From Eukaryota sp. GEM-RC1 (lineage: Eukaryota), in contig JAUFOQ010000013.1 of the NCBI GenBank assembly GCA_040285855.1, positions 310,001 to 374,000 on the forward strand: a stretch of DNA of 64,000 nucleotides, in the 5' to 3' direction. Every line of letters begins with the position of its first letter. Positions within the stretch are counted from its first letter, which is position 1. Both the position numbers and the translations under genes were made by a program. The notes beneath the pieces were generated by a model. It searched no databases. It worked only from the letters and a program-made list of their open reading frames with translations, and was not told the DNA's origin. Shown piece after piece: positions 1-13,011 of this stretch.

Positions 1-150
1 ATTTCTATTTCATACATTTTTGTTTTTCGGAAAATGTTAAAAGATTTACAAGAAGAAGAATTAATGACTTTAGAGTTTTTAGACATGATTCCTGAAGATG
101 CTCTGTCCAAAGTGGAGGTAATTAGACACTTCTTTGCTACAAAAATCTAG
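1..150 (+). CDS. possible 3' end of an unknown gene running in from the window edge
   Basis: Frame 1 is open from base 1 to TAG at 148-150 (...KMLKDLQEEELMTLEFLDMIPEDALSKVEVIRHFFATKI*); no recognisable motif. Confidence 0.3.
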   Translation: MSISYIFVFRKMLKDLQEEELMTLEFLDMIPEDALSKVEVIRHFFATKI

Positions 151-1015
151 GAGTTTTTGGTTATTGCTGTTGAAATAATAAATTATTTGTATAATCAATC
201 TGTCAGAAATAAAGGTGTTCTTGATAATTGAATTATTCCAGGCTTATATGATTGTTTTTGTAATGTTTATCATTTTACCTCCATTATTTATCTGCTAGTA
301 TTCTACTTTATAGTACGATTCCTATTTTGCCCTTTCTTTGAATGTAAGTATTTTTGTCATCTCTTAAGAGGTAGCTTCATTCATTTTACGTGGAAGAACA
401 GACCTCATTACTCGTTGGGTGTTTTAAATGGAAACGGTTTCAAAATAAACCATCTGGAACCAACATATGTCCTTAGAGAATTTAACTGAATACATTATAC
501 AAAGTGGCGTTTAGTGCTTCAAGTTTTAGTTATATTTCTTTTTTTGAATTATACCACCTAAAGAAGGATTGTTTTTGTGTTGTGTTGTGGTTTGGTGCCA
601 AAACTGCCATGCGTCCGGCCAGTTTCCATGTACCCGTGATTTTGATTCTGAGTTACAGTATCACTGATACAGCATCCCACAGTGGAACTAATGTTGAAAT
701 CTGGAGATGAACTGTTGAGTGAGGAGGAATAAGATCGAAGAACCGAACTTATAATAGGATTAGTGTTGCAATTTGAGTTGGGTCGAGTCGACCCTTGAGT
801 CTCACGGATGTCCAAGAATCTAAGTCTGATTGATTTGCTACAACTACTAGTAGTTGTAAAATTACTACACACAGTCAAAACAATTGTTCACTTCAACAAT
901 CTTCTTTTAATGACCTTTTCAGAAATTGTAACTGATATATATTAGCCAACGTCTTTTTGTGAAATTGTGGTATTACTTGATTTTTCTCGATCTAGAATAC
1001 AATTAAACTTGTATT

Positions 1016-1900
1016 CAGGGATGCCAAATATTGTAGTGCAATATATTAAAATTAATACTATTGCAATACATATTGTTTCTGTTCCAGTAGTACATGTCCA
1101 ATATATTTATTGCAAAGCTGAAGTTACTGAAGTTATTGCAATATATTGGAATATAGGAACTCGCGTAATTTTCAGAACAAGTTGATCCTTGTGTTCTTTA
1201 ACTCTGTTAAGCAGTTCAAGTATATGAATGTACCATCATAATGCAGATCCTAATTGGCATGATCCTAAATCTTCATGACTGCATCTCAAACCCCCAAGGC
1301 AACTACATTCGCAGAACATCTTGTGAAATGGAACCTCATCTTCATAGAGAAGGAATGTAAAGTTACATTTCCCTGCATTTATGGAAATTGTTTTCTTTTG
1401 TCTTTGCAATAACCTCAAACAACATTGATGTCACTTGGTGAAGTAAAAGATGGTTATACAACTGGAAAACAAGAGCTTCATAACCATTATACAGCCTTTG
1501 TCTAACATGGAGACCAAAACACCATCAAATCCATCATTTGCCATCATCCGACCTGTTTCACAATTGACTAGTGACTCGCAGTTTGAACAAGTGATCTGTT
1601 TTTGTATTGTAGTCTATGTTTGTAGATTAATCTCTCTTCATATAAAGACTGACGTTGTACTAAGATCTGTTTTGCCAAGCAATAATTCTTGCTGCCCATT
1701 TATAACATATAATCACACTCAATCTACTTCCAAGAACAAACAATGCTAGCTGCAAAACGTCAATTGATTATCTCTGTAGAGTGTTGCAAAGATTGAAATA
1801 AATTGCAATATATCTATTACAATATTACCAAACCACAATATATTTATTGCAATCTTGAAAACGTATAATATTTATTGCAATATATTTTTCGGCATCCCTG
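1016..1900. mobile_element. non-autonomous hAT-type element (MITE)
   Basis: TIR CAGGGATGCC.../...GGCATCCCTG; 8-bp TSD CTTGTATT (1008-1015) vs CTTCTATT (1901-1908, 1 mismatch); subterminal TATTGCAATA-like repeats at both ends. Confidence 0.85.
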
Positions 1901-2702
1901 CTTCTATTTCTCATAGTTGATTCATGATTCTAGTCAACTCGAGTGTGAAATTGCTCACTCGACTCGACTCTTGAGTGCCGCAAGTTGAGTCAGACTGACC
2001 TCAACTACTGACTTTGTAGTCAACTCGAAACTCATGAGTTTGATTCGTCAACCGCAAACAGGATATCTTCAAAAGTTGATCAACTTCCTTTCACTCTTTC
2101 TAGCACTGAGTATTGGTTTGAAGGTATCGTGATTCTCTAACCATGCCTTTTCTTTTTGATAACACAATAGGAATAGTCTTCCACCTCTTTTCATGACACC
2201 TTCTTCTTTTCACTTCTTCTTCTGTATTACACTTTCTCTTCCTCACGTGAACAATCTCTATCACGATCATGTGATATATTTCTTGAAGTTCTACACTTCT
2301 AATCTTCTTCATTCCAACTTTTTTGGAATACGTACTCATGACACCAGCCCTCTTGTTTATCTAAAAACTTATGACTAAACAATGGGAGTTTGGTGTTAGA
2401 CCAATTACTACTGGTATACAATCCGCGGAGTGCTTATCAATAGAATTTGATTGATTATTGATTGAGATTGTACTTCAGTTTTCGTTGTAAATGATGGTCT
2501 ATTTCACTTGACAATTTCGCTTTAAATACTTGCTTAATGTGTAGTTCTATTCGATGGAGGAAGTAATTTTTGACCATTCAGAACTTCATTTATTTTAAAT
2601 TGAATGACTTATTAAAATTGAAAACCATCTATGAATGGTGACTATATCATCATTTTTGGGTTTTGCACTCAATGAATTGTTTGGGTTTTGTAAATTACTT
2701 TT

Positions 2703-3628
2703 TTATGGACATAATTCACTTTGACAATCTTTTACAGTGGCAATACGAGAACTGTTAGGATGAATGTTGTTCTGGTATGCACTGTAATCAGAAACCGTGA
2801 AATAGATCTTGAAAAGTAGATGAACCTTACTTCCGTATACCCTAAACAATTCAACAAACAACGAATCACGTTCAAGAACATGAACATCGTCAATAACCAA
2901 AGTGTAGGGATTACTACTTAAGGTATGAGAAATCAAATCAAAACAACGTTGTTCAGACCATTTTTTAACTTCTTTTAGACCAAGTCTTTCTAGGTTCTTT
3001 TGCAATGTAGATCTAGCTTTTAGCCATAACAAATGTTCTTCCTCTAAAAACCGAAAAGCAGCAACAGATTTGCCACAACCTGGCTGTTCAGCTACAAAGG
3101 AAAATCTTTCAACTGGATGTCAATGGACACGTCTACATGGAACTGGGGTAGCCTCACGGTATCGTTGAAATGACTGAGGGTATAACCGATTAGTGGAGCA
3201 GCAAGGGGATTGACAGGGCCATCCAACGAAAGTAAACCAAAACACGCACTCAAAAGTATGATCCAGGTAGGAGGCATAAGGGTTACGCTTAAGGTTAACA
3301 ACTGTGAATATATTAGCAAAAACATAAGAATTTATAGAAAAGCTACCGCTTTTTTCAAAGATGCAATCGGAATCTTTTGGGTTGTAATTCCTGATAGATG
3401 TGTTTGAATTCTTCTAAGTACTAGAGTTGGCAAATGACGACGTCATCGTTGACTTTCAGCCAGAGCTAGTCTTGGGAACCGGTCATTGAATTCTTTGATA
3501 TCAGGATCTGGTTTTCTGTCATTGAGAAAATCGTCAGCCATTTGGCGGTCGTAATAAAACATCAACGGTCTGCTCGTTTCAGTTCTTATTCCGTTGGAAA
3601 GGACCAAAAGCGGCCTGAAATATATCAA
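2703..3628 (-). pseudogene. decayed P-loop NTPase with an upstream hydrophobic segment
   Basis: The frame of the 2703-3032 ORF extends upstream to FVAEQPGCGKS (Walker A, ~3066-3098); TLVIDDVH is Walker B; upstream pieces (3092-3325, 3443-3628) are separated by frameshift or stops. Confidence 0.6.
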
Positions 3629-3697
3629 AAGAACTCGTGTTAAATCATCTGACAGAAATTTACATTAGAATGGGAATTATCGGCTTGGCATGTACTA

Positions 3698-3790
3698 CGG
3701 AGGTGAAGCGAACATTGTCGTTGACGGGTGTCATGTTACACTTCGTAGCCAGGTCTTGTGTGATTACGGACACGGTTGCTCCACTGTCCC
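3698..3790 (-). mobile_element. ~93-bp fragment of the Ty3/gypsy protease region
   Basis: Reverse complement nearly identical to 50032-50124 (DSGATxSVITQDLATKCNMTPVNxNVRFTS). Confidence 0.9.
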
Positions 3791-4400
3791 TGCTGTTGAT
3801 ACAATATCTGATTACGAGCAATACAGATTGAATGTCAACGTGTCTTGTAAGGTGGATACTCTCAGTTAAGGAATCTTGGGATTTTGATATATGATTAGTT
3901 GTGCAATTGCCAAAGAAACAACCAAGGATTTCTCCACCTAAAGGTAGGGATAAAATTTCAGTTTTTTCTTGATTAAGATCGAGTGAGATGGCAGCAAGTT
4001 CCTCTACAAGAACCGAGGTTCTCTTATCATTTTGATTTTTATTGGTTAAGATGAATAAGTCATTCAGATACGCTAATGTCTTAGCACTAGGAAAGTTTGA
4101 GGCAACTTGGATGAGAACGGAATTCATTCCTAATGCAAAGAAGTAGGAGGATAGGGGATCACCCTGAAGAACGCCAGAGGTGGATGTGATGTTCATGTTG
4201 TTACAGCATAAATTAGAGGGAGAGCAATACATGGCATTAAAGCAGCCTGCGAAGATCGTGTGCCCAAGATGAGCAGCCAGGGTTTGACGATTTATGGAGT
4301 TGAAAGCATTTCGTATGTCAAACTTAACAACTACTTCAAAGTTGTTAGATGATAGATCGTTTGCTACAATATGGGCAATTGTCTCGGCTCCAGCTTCTCC
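3791..4400 (-). mobile_element. non-LTR retrotransposon RT fragment (CRE/R2-like RLE clade), pseudogenised
   Basis: GAETIAH...KFDIRNAFNSINR...GVLQGDPLSSYFFALG...AYLNDL (YxDD degraded to YLND)...LDLNQEKTE...ILGCFFG, matching RT domains 2-7. Confidence 0.85.
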
Positions 4401-4903
4401 TTAGGTCTCTATTCCAATAAGTTTTGCACTTTACCAGTCCTCATGGAGTTGACTTGGCTTTTTCTTGCAGCGAATACTAAAATAGTGAATAGCTCATAGA
4501 CATTAACCAAAGTTGCTACTAAGAGGTACAGTGTTGTGAAGTACGGACAAGTTATCTAAAAAAAGAGATCAGTGACTCACTGTCAAAAACAAACACATGT
4601 TTTTCGACTCCCATTCTTGTTTTTGGATTCCGTCTTTTGGAAGGATCCTTTTGTTTTACACATTTTCATTTTCAAAGTGATAACGAGTACAACTAATCTT
4701 CATAACAGATGTCGTCAGCTGATATAAAATACAGAGCATTATCATATTGTTGACGAAATCATACTTTTTAGATTAACAGTGCACATGAATTTTGATGGTT
4801 GTGAATATATCTTTCAATTTTTATATAAAAAGTCTAATTAGGCTAAAAGAGATTATAAATAAATAAAAAACGTCATCAATTCACACGTGTTCAGTTGAGA
4901 GAA

Positions 4904-5476
4904 TTAGAATTCAATCCGATACTTTGAGTATCGTTTAATGAGGTTCTGGGTCTCGGAGTCAATAGAGTTACCACTAAGAGTAACAGTAATAGCATTGGAT
5001 TTGAACTTCAAAGCTTCTGCCAACCTAAAGGCAGCTGCAGCACCAATTGTGTTACCCCGTAGATTAATCAAAGTGATAGTGGAATTAATTTTCAAAGCTT
5101 CAGCCAATGCAATGGCACCTTCAGAGCCAATAGCGTTATCATGAAGATGAATGATAGTTACAGTGGAATTGACCTTCAAAGCTTCAGCCAATGCAATGGT
5201 ACCTTCAACACCGATAGAATTACACCCAAGATCAACGTGAGTAACAGTGGAATTAACCTTCAAAGCTTCAGCCAACGCAACAGCACCTTCATTACCAACA
5301 TGGTCATCCATAGTACCAAGAGGGTTATTCAGATCAACCCAATTAACTAACCCATTCTGAATTTCTTCCAAAACCCTCATCAATCTAGGTTCTAACTTAT
5401 GAATTGATGCTTGAAAACTCTCAAGAGGAGATAAATGAGTTTTCAAGATAGTGACGATGCGTCTAAGAGATCTCAT
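4904..5476 (-). CDS. RI-like (NLRC3-type) leucine-rich repeat protein; may be the C-terminal module of a larger gene
   Basis: Four 28-aa repeats of the form GxEGAxALAEALKVNSTVTxIxLxxN; same N-cap and C-cap as the LRRs at 20310-20908 and 45013-45480. Confidence 0.8.
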   Translation of the reverse strand: MRSLRRIVTILKTHLSPLESFQASIHKLEPRLMRVLEEIQNGLVNWVDLNNPLGTMDDHVGNEGAVALAEALKVNSTVTHVDLGCNSIGVEGTIALAEALKVNSTVTIIHLHDNAIGSEGAIALAEALKINSTITLINLRGNTIGAAAAFRLAEALKFKSNAITVTLSGNSIDSETQNLIKRYSKYRIEF

Positions 5477-6749
5477 ACTGATGAATCATGTAAGGAAAAT
5501 GTTTTTCATGATCTTCAGATCTTTACCAGACTACACGTACGCGGGATCGGCCTTTCATTTGTAACTATCAGCTTCTGTGATCATCTTATCACTAGTGACA
5601 CCACCAGTGATCAACAACTCCCCCCTCACGCCTAACTTCTTGACTTCTCCATTCTTCCTTGTAGTCATGAGGTTACTCTTTGTTCCATGTTGTCCTCGTA
5701 TCTCCAGTGAGTGTACTCTCTCCCCATTGATGACGTCACCACTTCCCATCTGCTTAGATCCCAATTCATAACATTGGTTTTACAGACTCTTTTCATCTAA
5801 TTGAATTACTTTCATTGATGTTTCTCTCCTTCCAGTCTACTTTCACCACACTTTTCTATAGTTGATCAGATATAACATTATGATTTCATGAATATTGACT
5901 TAATCAAATGTATTCGATTCTTTTGTTTCATGATTTTGGTCAGTCTCTTTTACTTTTATCAGTTCTCATTAGGATTCAAGTAAAGACCATCAGTATCAGT
6001 GAAAGAACTTGCCTCTTTTAAAATATCCCCTTGTTTGAAATAATGAATATTTTATCTGTTTGTTTCAATGACCAAACTCACTAGTCACTTTATGGGCTAC
6101 TAACCTCAGATCACTGAAAGTTCACCTTAATTACCTTAATTGTTCGTAGTTATACTATTGTATCACTTCTGAACAAGAAATAAGTGTAGAGTAAAGATTG
6201 TCTGTTCTTTTCGATGATCCATTATTTTTGAACTGAATGAAATCAATCAACTGATGACGTCATCACCAATCTGGAGGGAGGGTATTCTAAACAATCCACA
6301 TGTTGAAATTGACGCTCTTAAAACTCATCTGCAACTAATTTAACTTACTGAGACTTTCAATAATCTGTCTCATAAGTTCTTCATTATTTTAAATTTTCGA
6401 ATTTAGTGGTTGAAGGAATTTCATCCACGTTGATATTACCACAAGAACTTATGCCCTTGTATGAACATAATCAATAATATCTTCTTAGTCAACTCTGAAA
6501 TTAATATTTGAAATTTATTTGCTTATGATGTTTTATTATTCAATATGAGTTTCATGTTTAGTACTTTGCAGTTACCTTGAATTTTCTCAAATACATTCCT
6601 AATCAAATATTGATATGTATGATGAGCATCACTGTTATCAGTAACTATTTCTATTAGAGACAGTCAACACTATTCTCAGACCAATATTAATCCAACTATT
6701 TAATCCAAGTTAAAAAAGTTCTTGTACATTGATATATGTATGATGCTGT

Positions 6750-7866
6750 GCCTCTACTGTAATCCACTTCCTCGACATGGAACATCGTATCTTTCTTTTA
6801 ATGAATGTAGCCACTGAAAACAGCAATTCTGGTGTTATAGAAGTCACAGAAATCGCACGATAATGTCTGGTCATGAGGTTCGCCATAGGTGGTTTTGTTG
6901 ATGGAAAGCACGTCCTCGAAAGGGGTAAACAATTCATCTGCTGTGGAAGGTTCAGCAAGGTGTATCCAGGCCTGTACTTGATTTTCAAGAGTACGGAGAA
7001 GAAGTCCAACGAATTACATCAGTTGTTGGGGAAAGATAAGAGCAACCTTTAATCATAATCAAAGGCAAAGTGCAACACAACAGCTGATCTAAGAAAGACC
7101 TAGATGTTGAGATACATCGATTTTCTTTCCTCGGGCTCTGGAATACCAGCGCCACTCCAAAGCAAAATTTAAACACTGTGGAAATCAGCTTCGAACTCTA
7201 ACCTGGTATTGGAAAAAGTAGTTGGTACTGTTTTACCAGGGAGTTTGCTCGTATCACTGGGCATAGTGAAAATGGATTCAGCGTCGACTTTGGTAATGTT
7301 GGACGTTGCATTAGGGGTCACCATAGTGGATTCTAAAGCTTTAGGTTGAGGGGTGCTCAACTGCTTGAGAACGGTTAACATCTCATATCTGAGATCGTTG
7401 TTCTCTTTGAGGAGTTGTTCCACAAGGGGATTAGAACTCCCAGTGGGTTGAATTGAGTTGGGGAGAGAATCACTGCTGGAAGAAGTTTCAGGTTTTGGAG
7501 CGGTTTTATCTGGGGATGAGATGTGAAGGGAACTGAGGGACAACTCATCCTCCGAAGTATACATATTATCTGCTATTTTTCCTAGGCGGATAAGTTCGGC
7601 GTTGATGTCGCCATATTTCTCGACTAACAACTTCATGGTGGAGTTCGTGATTTCGGCGAAGTTCTACAGGATTTATTGCTACTCCTGTGCTTGGAGTTAA
7701 AGTGCTTGGAGTTTACGAAACTGTGATGTTTCTTCCAGGGGGTCTTCCTAGTTTCGTCTGGGTCTGAATGATATACTTTGGAAACAGTAGCTGGAACTTC
7801 CAAGTATCTTTCATTAAAACACGGTTCAAGAGTGTCTTGAAGTATTTCTAGTTCCTTAACAAACAT
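6750..7866 (-). pseudogene. decayed ORF, possibly a retroelement gag-like relic
   Basis: Chain of adjacent broken ORFs (7633-7866, 7169-7636, then further frameshifted pieces) with Ser/Pro-rich and coiled segments; no diagnostic motif. Confidence 0.3.
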
Positions 7867-10048
7867 GTTCTGATAAGAACGAAATTTACAAAAGTCACTC
7901 GTTGGATTGGTTTGATTATCATCATTCGAGATAATGGCTTTAATTTGGGGTAAAACATTTGGAAATCTTTACTCAGTTCTTAATCTAAAGTATTGTTGAT
8001 TACGAGGGTTCTTAGGGTTGTAGAACCCCAATTTTTTCTAATCATTACAGGTCAGTCTGTAACTTCTTAATGGTGAATGTAACACATCTCGTCAAAGGAT
8101 TCCAAGATTAAACGAACAGAAATTGCAGAGCCTAATTGTATTAGTCAAACACATCCAACCTCTAGAAGCAACCGGAAGTCAACCCCGAAGTGGCGACTTC
8201 ACCCTAGGAAAGTGACAATGACGTCATTGTTGGTCAGTGAACAAGGTAAATGGAAAAGTATTTATCAGTAGTACAACTATGAGAATCAAAACAGTGTGTC
8301 CATTGGGAGCGTATATTCTTGATTAACATCATCCTCTTGTGTGCTTTATTGTCTTCATGCCCTTATCATTCAATGTTCTCTGTGACCCAAATGTTGATCT
8401 CTTTGCAACACAATGTAAGCTAAGACACGAACGCAAATTGTTTCTTGTTTCTCTCATCAGCGGTAGACCACTTTCTTACTCATCCAGAAATGGTTTCTAC
8501 GGTTATTTTAGAAAACTCGTAAGTCCGTCCGTACTCAAACTTAAAAATCAGTTCAGCATCAGGATGTACAAGGAGTTTTAACTGCTGTTCTGCAGAATTG
8601 TAGATTGAAAGAAATAGGACTTGAAGATTGTTAGGTGTAAGGGGACTAAGATCGTTGTAATAAGGTTCATACAGACACCACAAAACTGTTGTCTTTGGGG
8701 ATGTTTACAAATGCACTAAGTGAACCACGATGTACTGCAGTTTGAGTGAGATTGCTTTTCGTGAGAAACATTACGATACAAAATAATTACCATCATTAGT
8801 ATAGATAGTTTTTCAAAGATTAGTCGCATGTACAGTTGTACAGGTTTCTACTGGTGCTGTTTGCTCTTACCTGTTAAATTATTGAAATATAAATTTTTTA
8901 GAATATTATTACGTATTAATGTATAGTTCGATAGTTTGTTTTCATCGAAATTTGTTGTTTTCTTGTCAAGTGGTGTTCTACAGATTTATATAACTCTAAT
9001 ATACATTTTTACCTCAACTGTTGGCGCAACGAGAAACCAAAGTTCTTGTAGAAATCTAAATATGATTACTTTAAACACTGAATTACAACAATTTTTAAGT
9101 TCTCATTGGGTAGGAAGTGAATTCGCAATGTAATTTTAGTGAATGGGAGCTACCATAAATCTAGAACAAGACCGTATATGAAATCAATAATTAATGCTGA
9201 TTGTAAGAATAAATAGAAATGAGTTTAAGTAACTTATGTGATTGTTGTTCCATCCAAAGTACTTGAACATCTCCCTAATGTTGATACCGGACATGAAAAC
9301 CGATACTCCAGTCTTTTCATTCTTTGGTGGTTAATGTTCTGTCTTCTTCCACAATTTAGAAAAATCATTCCCTGTTTAAGAACACCTGATCAAGGAAAGA
9401 CAGTGTTTCTCTTTTACGTCACGTTGAAGGAAAACGGTCAAATGAATCACGTGTTTGTGGTACATGTAGTACGTTTACGATTCTTTTCAATAATTATCAT
9501 AATGGCTGACAGTAAGTAACAAAAAAAAATTTCCGGGGAACTATTTCGAAATCCTCTTAATCAACAATTCCTCGAACACGTTAAAAATCATGAATATTCA
9601 GAGGTATTCGCAACTAAGTCATGTGTCCCACTTCTCCGCCATTTCAACTCTGCTAGGTCTGACTCAATCTTATCTTAAAACAATTGCTGCATTCGACGAT
9701 GAATAGTGCATTATTGAGAAAAGCCTGGTTGTCGATGGTGATGACGTGATTGTCAAATGGTCAGTATGCTTTCCGGAGTACGGAAGCATTGAAAAACTTC
9801 TGCTAAGCTTTGCTCTTGTAGTTTAGCTTCATTCTCTCTTTCAGGTCTTTGTAGATTCTTGAGAGTGAAAGATCAATGTGAGAGATACACTACGTGTTAC
9901 CTATTACCTTGGAGAAAGGGTCATTTTAGATCACAAAAATATATAAATTATATTCAACATCAATACATCATTGTTAATGATTATAACAGTTACTACTCAT
10001 CAACAAGCTCATACTATTACAAACATACAATCCTTGTAGCACGATGTT

Positions 10049-10217
10049 TACTCTTGGTTTCCTTTAACTGATACAAGCTTTGAAGTAACTCAATAAAACC
10101 CGAAGCGTTGTGATGTACATTAAAGCTCCACAACACCTTTTCCCGTTACATCCACTGATTTAAAGATGTAGATGGTGAAGAATTGGAAATAAGGAAGTCT
10201 ATTGGTCATGTTACATC
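10049..10217. repeat. dispersed ~170-bp repeat, copy 1 (copy 2 at 14657-14825)
   Basis: TACTCTTGGTT..CCTTTAACTGATACAA...ACCCGAAGC...CATCCACTGATTT...AATAAGGAAGTCTA...GTTACATC aligns collinearly with 14657-14825 at moderate divergence. Confidence 0.8.
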
Positions 10218-10673
10218 TAGAAAATTAGCGAAAGCTGTATTTTTTTCCTTGGCCGAGCTGAGACGAGCTGTGAAACTTAAACTTTCAAAATATTGTAATA
10301 AATGATTTTATAGCTTCTTAAAAGCACATTTCAAAGATAAAATGTTTCTACATCGAATTTCTTTGATATAAACGGGAAAGCAAGACCACCATAACTCAGG
10401 AGAAAGATTTCCTACTTCACCACGGATATTATTGAGACAGAAGCTGCAAGTTCTTTCAAGAAGAGAAGTTCTTCGTGGATATCGATTGCAAAACTCGATT
10501 ACAAAAATGTTTATTGCCATAAATACATAAAAAATACGATTTTTAACATTCCTGAGTATTATTCGAGTACTACTCAAGACTTTTAAGAGCTCTTTTCAAG
10601 CGCTAAAGTGTTACTCATACTGACTTTTAGAAAAGAGTCAGTTTTACATGAGTGATTTTCCGCTTCCGTATTT

Positions 10674-11924
10674 GTGTTTGAGATCCCACAAATGCTCTCC
10701 ATCTCTACCTTTGCCAAGGAAGCCATCGAACAGCTACAATATCTCCGATCCAACAACCATCTCACTGACTGTGTTATTGAGTTCGAGGACTTCGAGTTCC
10801 ACTGCCACTTCTCCATTGTCGTTCTCTTTTCCAAATACCTTGAGAAACTAGATCGCCATGATCACGTAGAAATCAGCTCTTTTGGAATGGTTGAAGATCC
10901 CTCGATCTTTGAAGCCATTATGTTGTCCATGTACGGATCCCCTTTAAACATCAACGGATCCAATCTCTTTGACATTCTTCTGATCGCGAAACTCTTAAAG
11001 TACACTCCGTTGATCTCCCACTGCACCAACCTTCAACAACAAGGACTACAGTCTAGTAACAAAGTCTTCTCTCTCCAAGGATCAACTATTCTAGAAAAGT
11101 TGAAGAGGGAAACTCCTCATGAAGTTTTACTGAAGTATAAAGACTATATTGCTGAAACAAATAGGCTTCACTTATGTTGTTTTTCTAAGTACTTTGCTAA
11201 CCTTTGGACTAGTCAATGGGCTGATTCAAATGAACAAGAACTTAGCTTTGATGGTATGCTGAAGGTGTCAAGAGAAAATTTCCAAAAGTTTTTTGAGTTC
11301 TTGCGTGGAAGTAGAGTCAAATTGACTGCTGAAAGTGCATATGAATTGACTTATTTAGGATCCTATTTTCAAGTAGAGTCAGTAGTTACCGCTGGAAATT
11401 ACTATATAGAAGTTAATTTTCAAATAGGATACATTGAACAAGCAAGTTCTTTAAATGATCTCATGTTTGTTAAAAAACATGGACAACGTCTCAGATCAAT
11501 CAAATCTACTGCTTATGGAATCAAAGTAACTCCAGAAGTATTTGAAATTCTTTCATCTTTTAATGTTGATCCTGTTTTTCTTGCCAAATGTTTGTCTAAT
11601 TCCTGGCAGAATTTAAAATCTGATTGGACAAGGTCACAGTTTAATAGTTGTTTGAAATCCATCACGTGTACGTTAGAGACTGTAAACTTCATTTCTGAGA
11701 TCTTATCTGATTTACTTGATGACGAGGATATTGAACCTATACTTAACAGATTCTTACCCCGAATGGTCCCTCTTCAAATCCAATCAACGACTGCCACACT
11801 CACTGCTGACGTGGCACAGTTGAGGGCTGAACTGGTGGAATCAAAGATGGCATTTAAGAAAGTGGAAGATCAAAGCAAGAATAAGTTGGACCAATTGAAA
11901 AAAATTGTTGGCTGTTATTTCTGA
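10674..11924 (+). CDS. tandem BTB/POZ domain protein with C-terminal coiled coil
   Basis: TDCVIEFEDFEFHCHFSIVVLFSKY...MYGSPLNINGSNLFDILLIAKLL and a second unit LCCFSKYFANLWTSQWADS...LTAESAYELTYLGSYFQV; the likely ATG is at 10692. Confidence 0.8.
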   Translation: MFEIPQMLSISTFAKEAIEQLQYLRSNNHLTDCVIEFEDFEFHCHFSIVVLFSKYLEKLDRHDHVEISSFGMVEDPSIFEAIMLSMYGSPLNINGSNLFDILLIAKLLKYTPLISHCTNLQQQGLQSSNKVFSLQGSTILEKLKRETPHEVLLKYKDYIAETNRLHLCCFSKYFANLWTSQWADSNEQELSFDGMLKVSRENFQKFFEFLRGSRVKLTAESAYELTYLGSYFQVESVVTAGNYYIEVNFQIGYIEQASSLNDLMFVKKHGQRLRSIKSTAYGIKVTPEVFEILSSFNVDPVFLAKCLSNSWQNLKSDWTRSQFNSCLKSITCTLETVNFISEILSDLLDDEDIEPILNRFLPRMVPLQIQSTTATLTADVAQLRAELVESKMAFKKVEDQSKNKLDQLKKIVGCYF

Positions 11925-12002
11925 TGCGATTCTTGTTTCTAATCTGATGCACAACTGGAAATCAATTCTGTTCGTCAATCAGATTGTATTCGTAAAGTAC
12001 TG

Positions 12003-12767
12003 TTGTTTTGCTTTTTCATGAGTATTCAATCACATCACGGTCTTTATTCTCACACATTTTCCATGGAATACTTTGTACATCCTTTTATATCTGTTGATGA
12101 ACAAAATTTTGTTCATAACTCTATTGATCTTTTCAAGACTGGCTTATTTTTCCGTGGTTGCGGTAACTTCTTTAACAGCTTTATTTTTTCTTTCGCTCCT
12201 TATTTGAATGAGATTGAAAGTTGGGAAAGTTTAGCTGCAAGTGATTTATTACATCTTACTGGTGGCGATGGTATTGGCGGCTATTCTGCTTCTGCCCAGT
12301 TTCTCAATTTGATGAACCCAAAATTCTTGCACTGTCTCCGTTTTTGGAAGGCTATAATGCCTTGCTTTAAGGGCTCGTTTCCCATTAGAGTAATCTCCGC
12401 AGAACTTAGGGACAATGAAGAGTTTTGGCGACTGATTTTCACCAGTCCCCATCTTTCTAAGAAATTTCAATTGCTTCAGTGGCTTTCTGAAAGATTTAAA
12501 GATAATGAGGATTTTTGTCGCCTTGCTGTGTCACATGAATGTCACTGTTTTCAAGCATGTTCTGAAAGACTTAGGGATAATGAAGATTTTTGTCGCTTTG
12601 CTGTTTCATGTGAGGTCGAATTACGATGCCCTCATATTTCTTGCGTAATTCCTAAGTGTTCTGAAAGACTTAGACGGAAACTCGATTTTGCGGAATTTGC
12701 AGTTTCCAAAAACCAAGATCTTCGCAGTTTTTTTCCGTCTTCTCTATTCATTCACCATCACAGGTAA
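12003..12767 (+). CDS. protein with DUF4116-like helical repeats; probably the frameshifted continuation of the BTB gene
   Basis: Repeats SxxLRDNEEF/SERFKDNEDFCRLAV/SERLRDNEDFCRFAV/SERLRRKLDFAEFAV; starts 78 bp after the BTB ORF. Confidence 0.6.
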   Translation: MFCFFMSIQSHHGLYSHTFSMEYFVHPFISVDEQNFVHNSIDLFKTGLFFRGCGNFFNSFIFSFAPYLNEIESWESLAASDLLHLTGGDGIGGYSASAQFLNLMNPKFLHCLRFWKAIMPCFKGSFPIRVISAELRDNEEFWRLIFTSPHLSKKFQLLQWLSERFKDNEDFCRLAVSHECHCFQACSERLRDNEDFCRFAVSCEVELRCPHISCVIPKCSERLRRKLDFAEFAVSKNQDLRSFFPSSLFIHHHR

Positions 12768-13011
12768 CCTGTGTTACCACATGTCTAAATTGATATAATT
12801 GTGTAAATGATGGAGGTTATGTACAGTATTTCCTCGATATTGCATAACACCAGATCCGCTTTTTACAGTCACACTTTTATACACCCTCCCATAGTGCCAT
12901 TCAAATGCATTAATGAAGATTAAATTTTGAGTAACACTGTCGACCATATTCTTTATTTGTTCTTTTCTATGTTATTTCAGACTTTTGTAACATCATCTTT
13001 AAGAAAGGAAC

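Noticed and set aside
760..2060. GAGTCGAC/GACTCGAC-rich arms around the first MITE as an older host element
   Set aside because: No matching TIR pair or TSD could be defined
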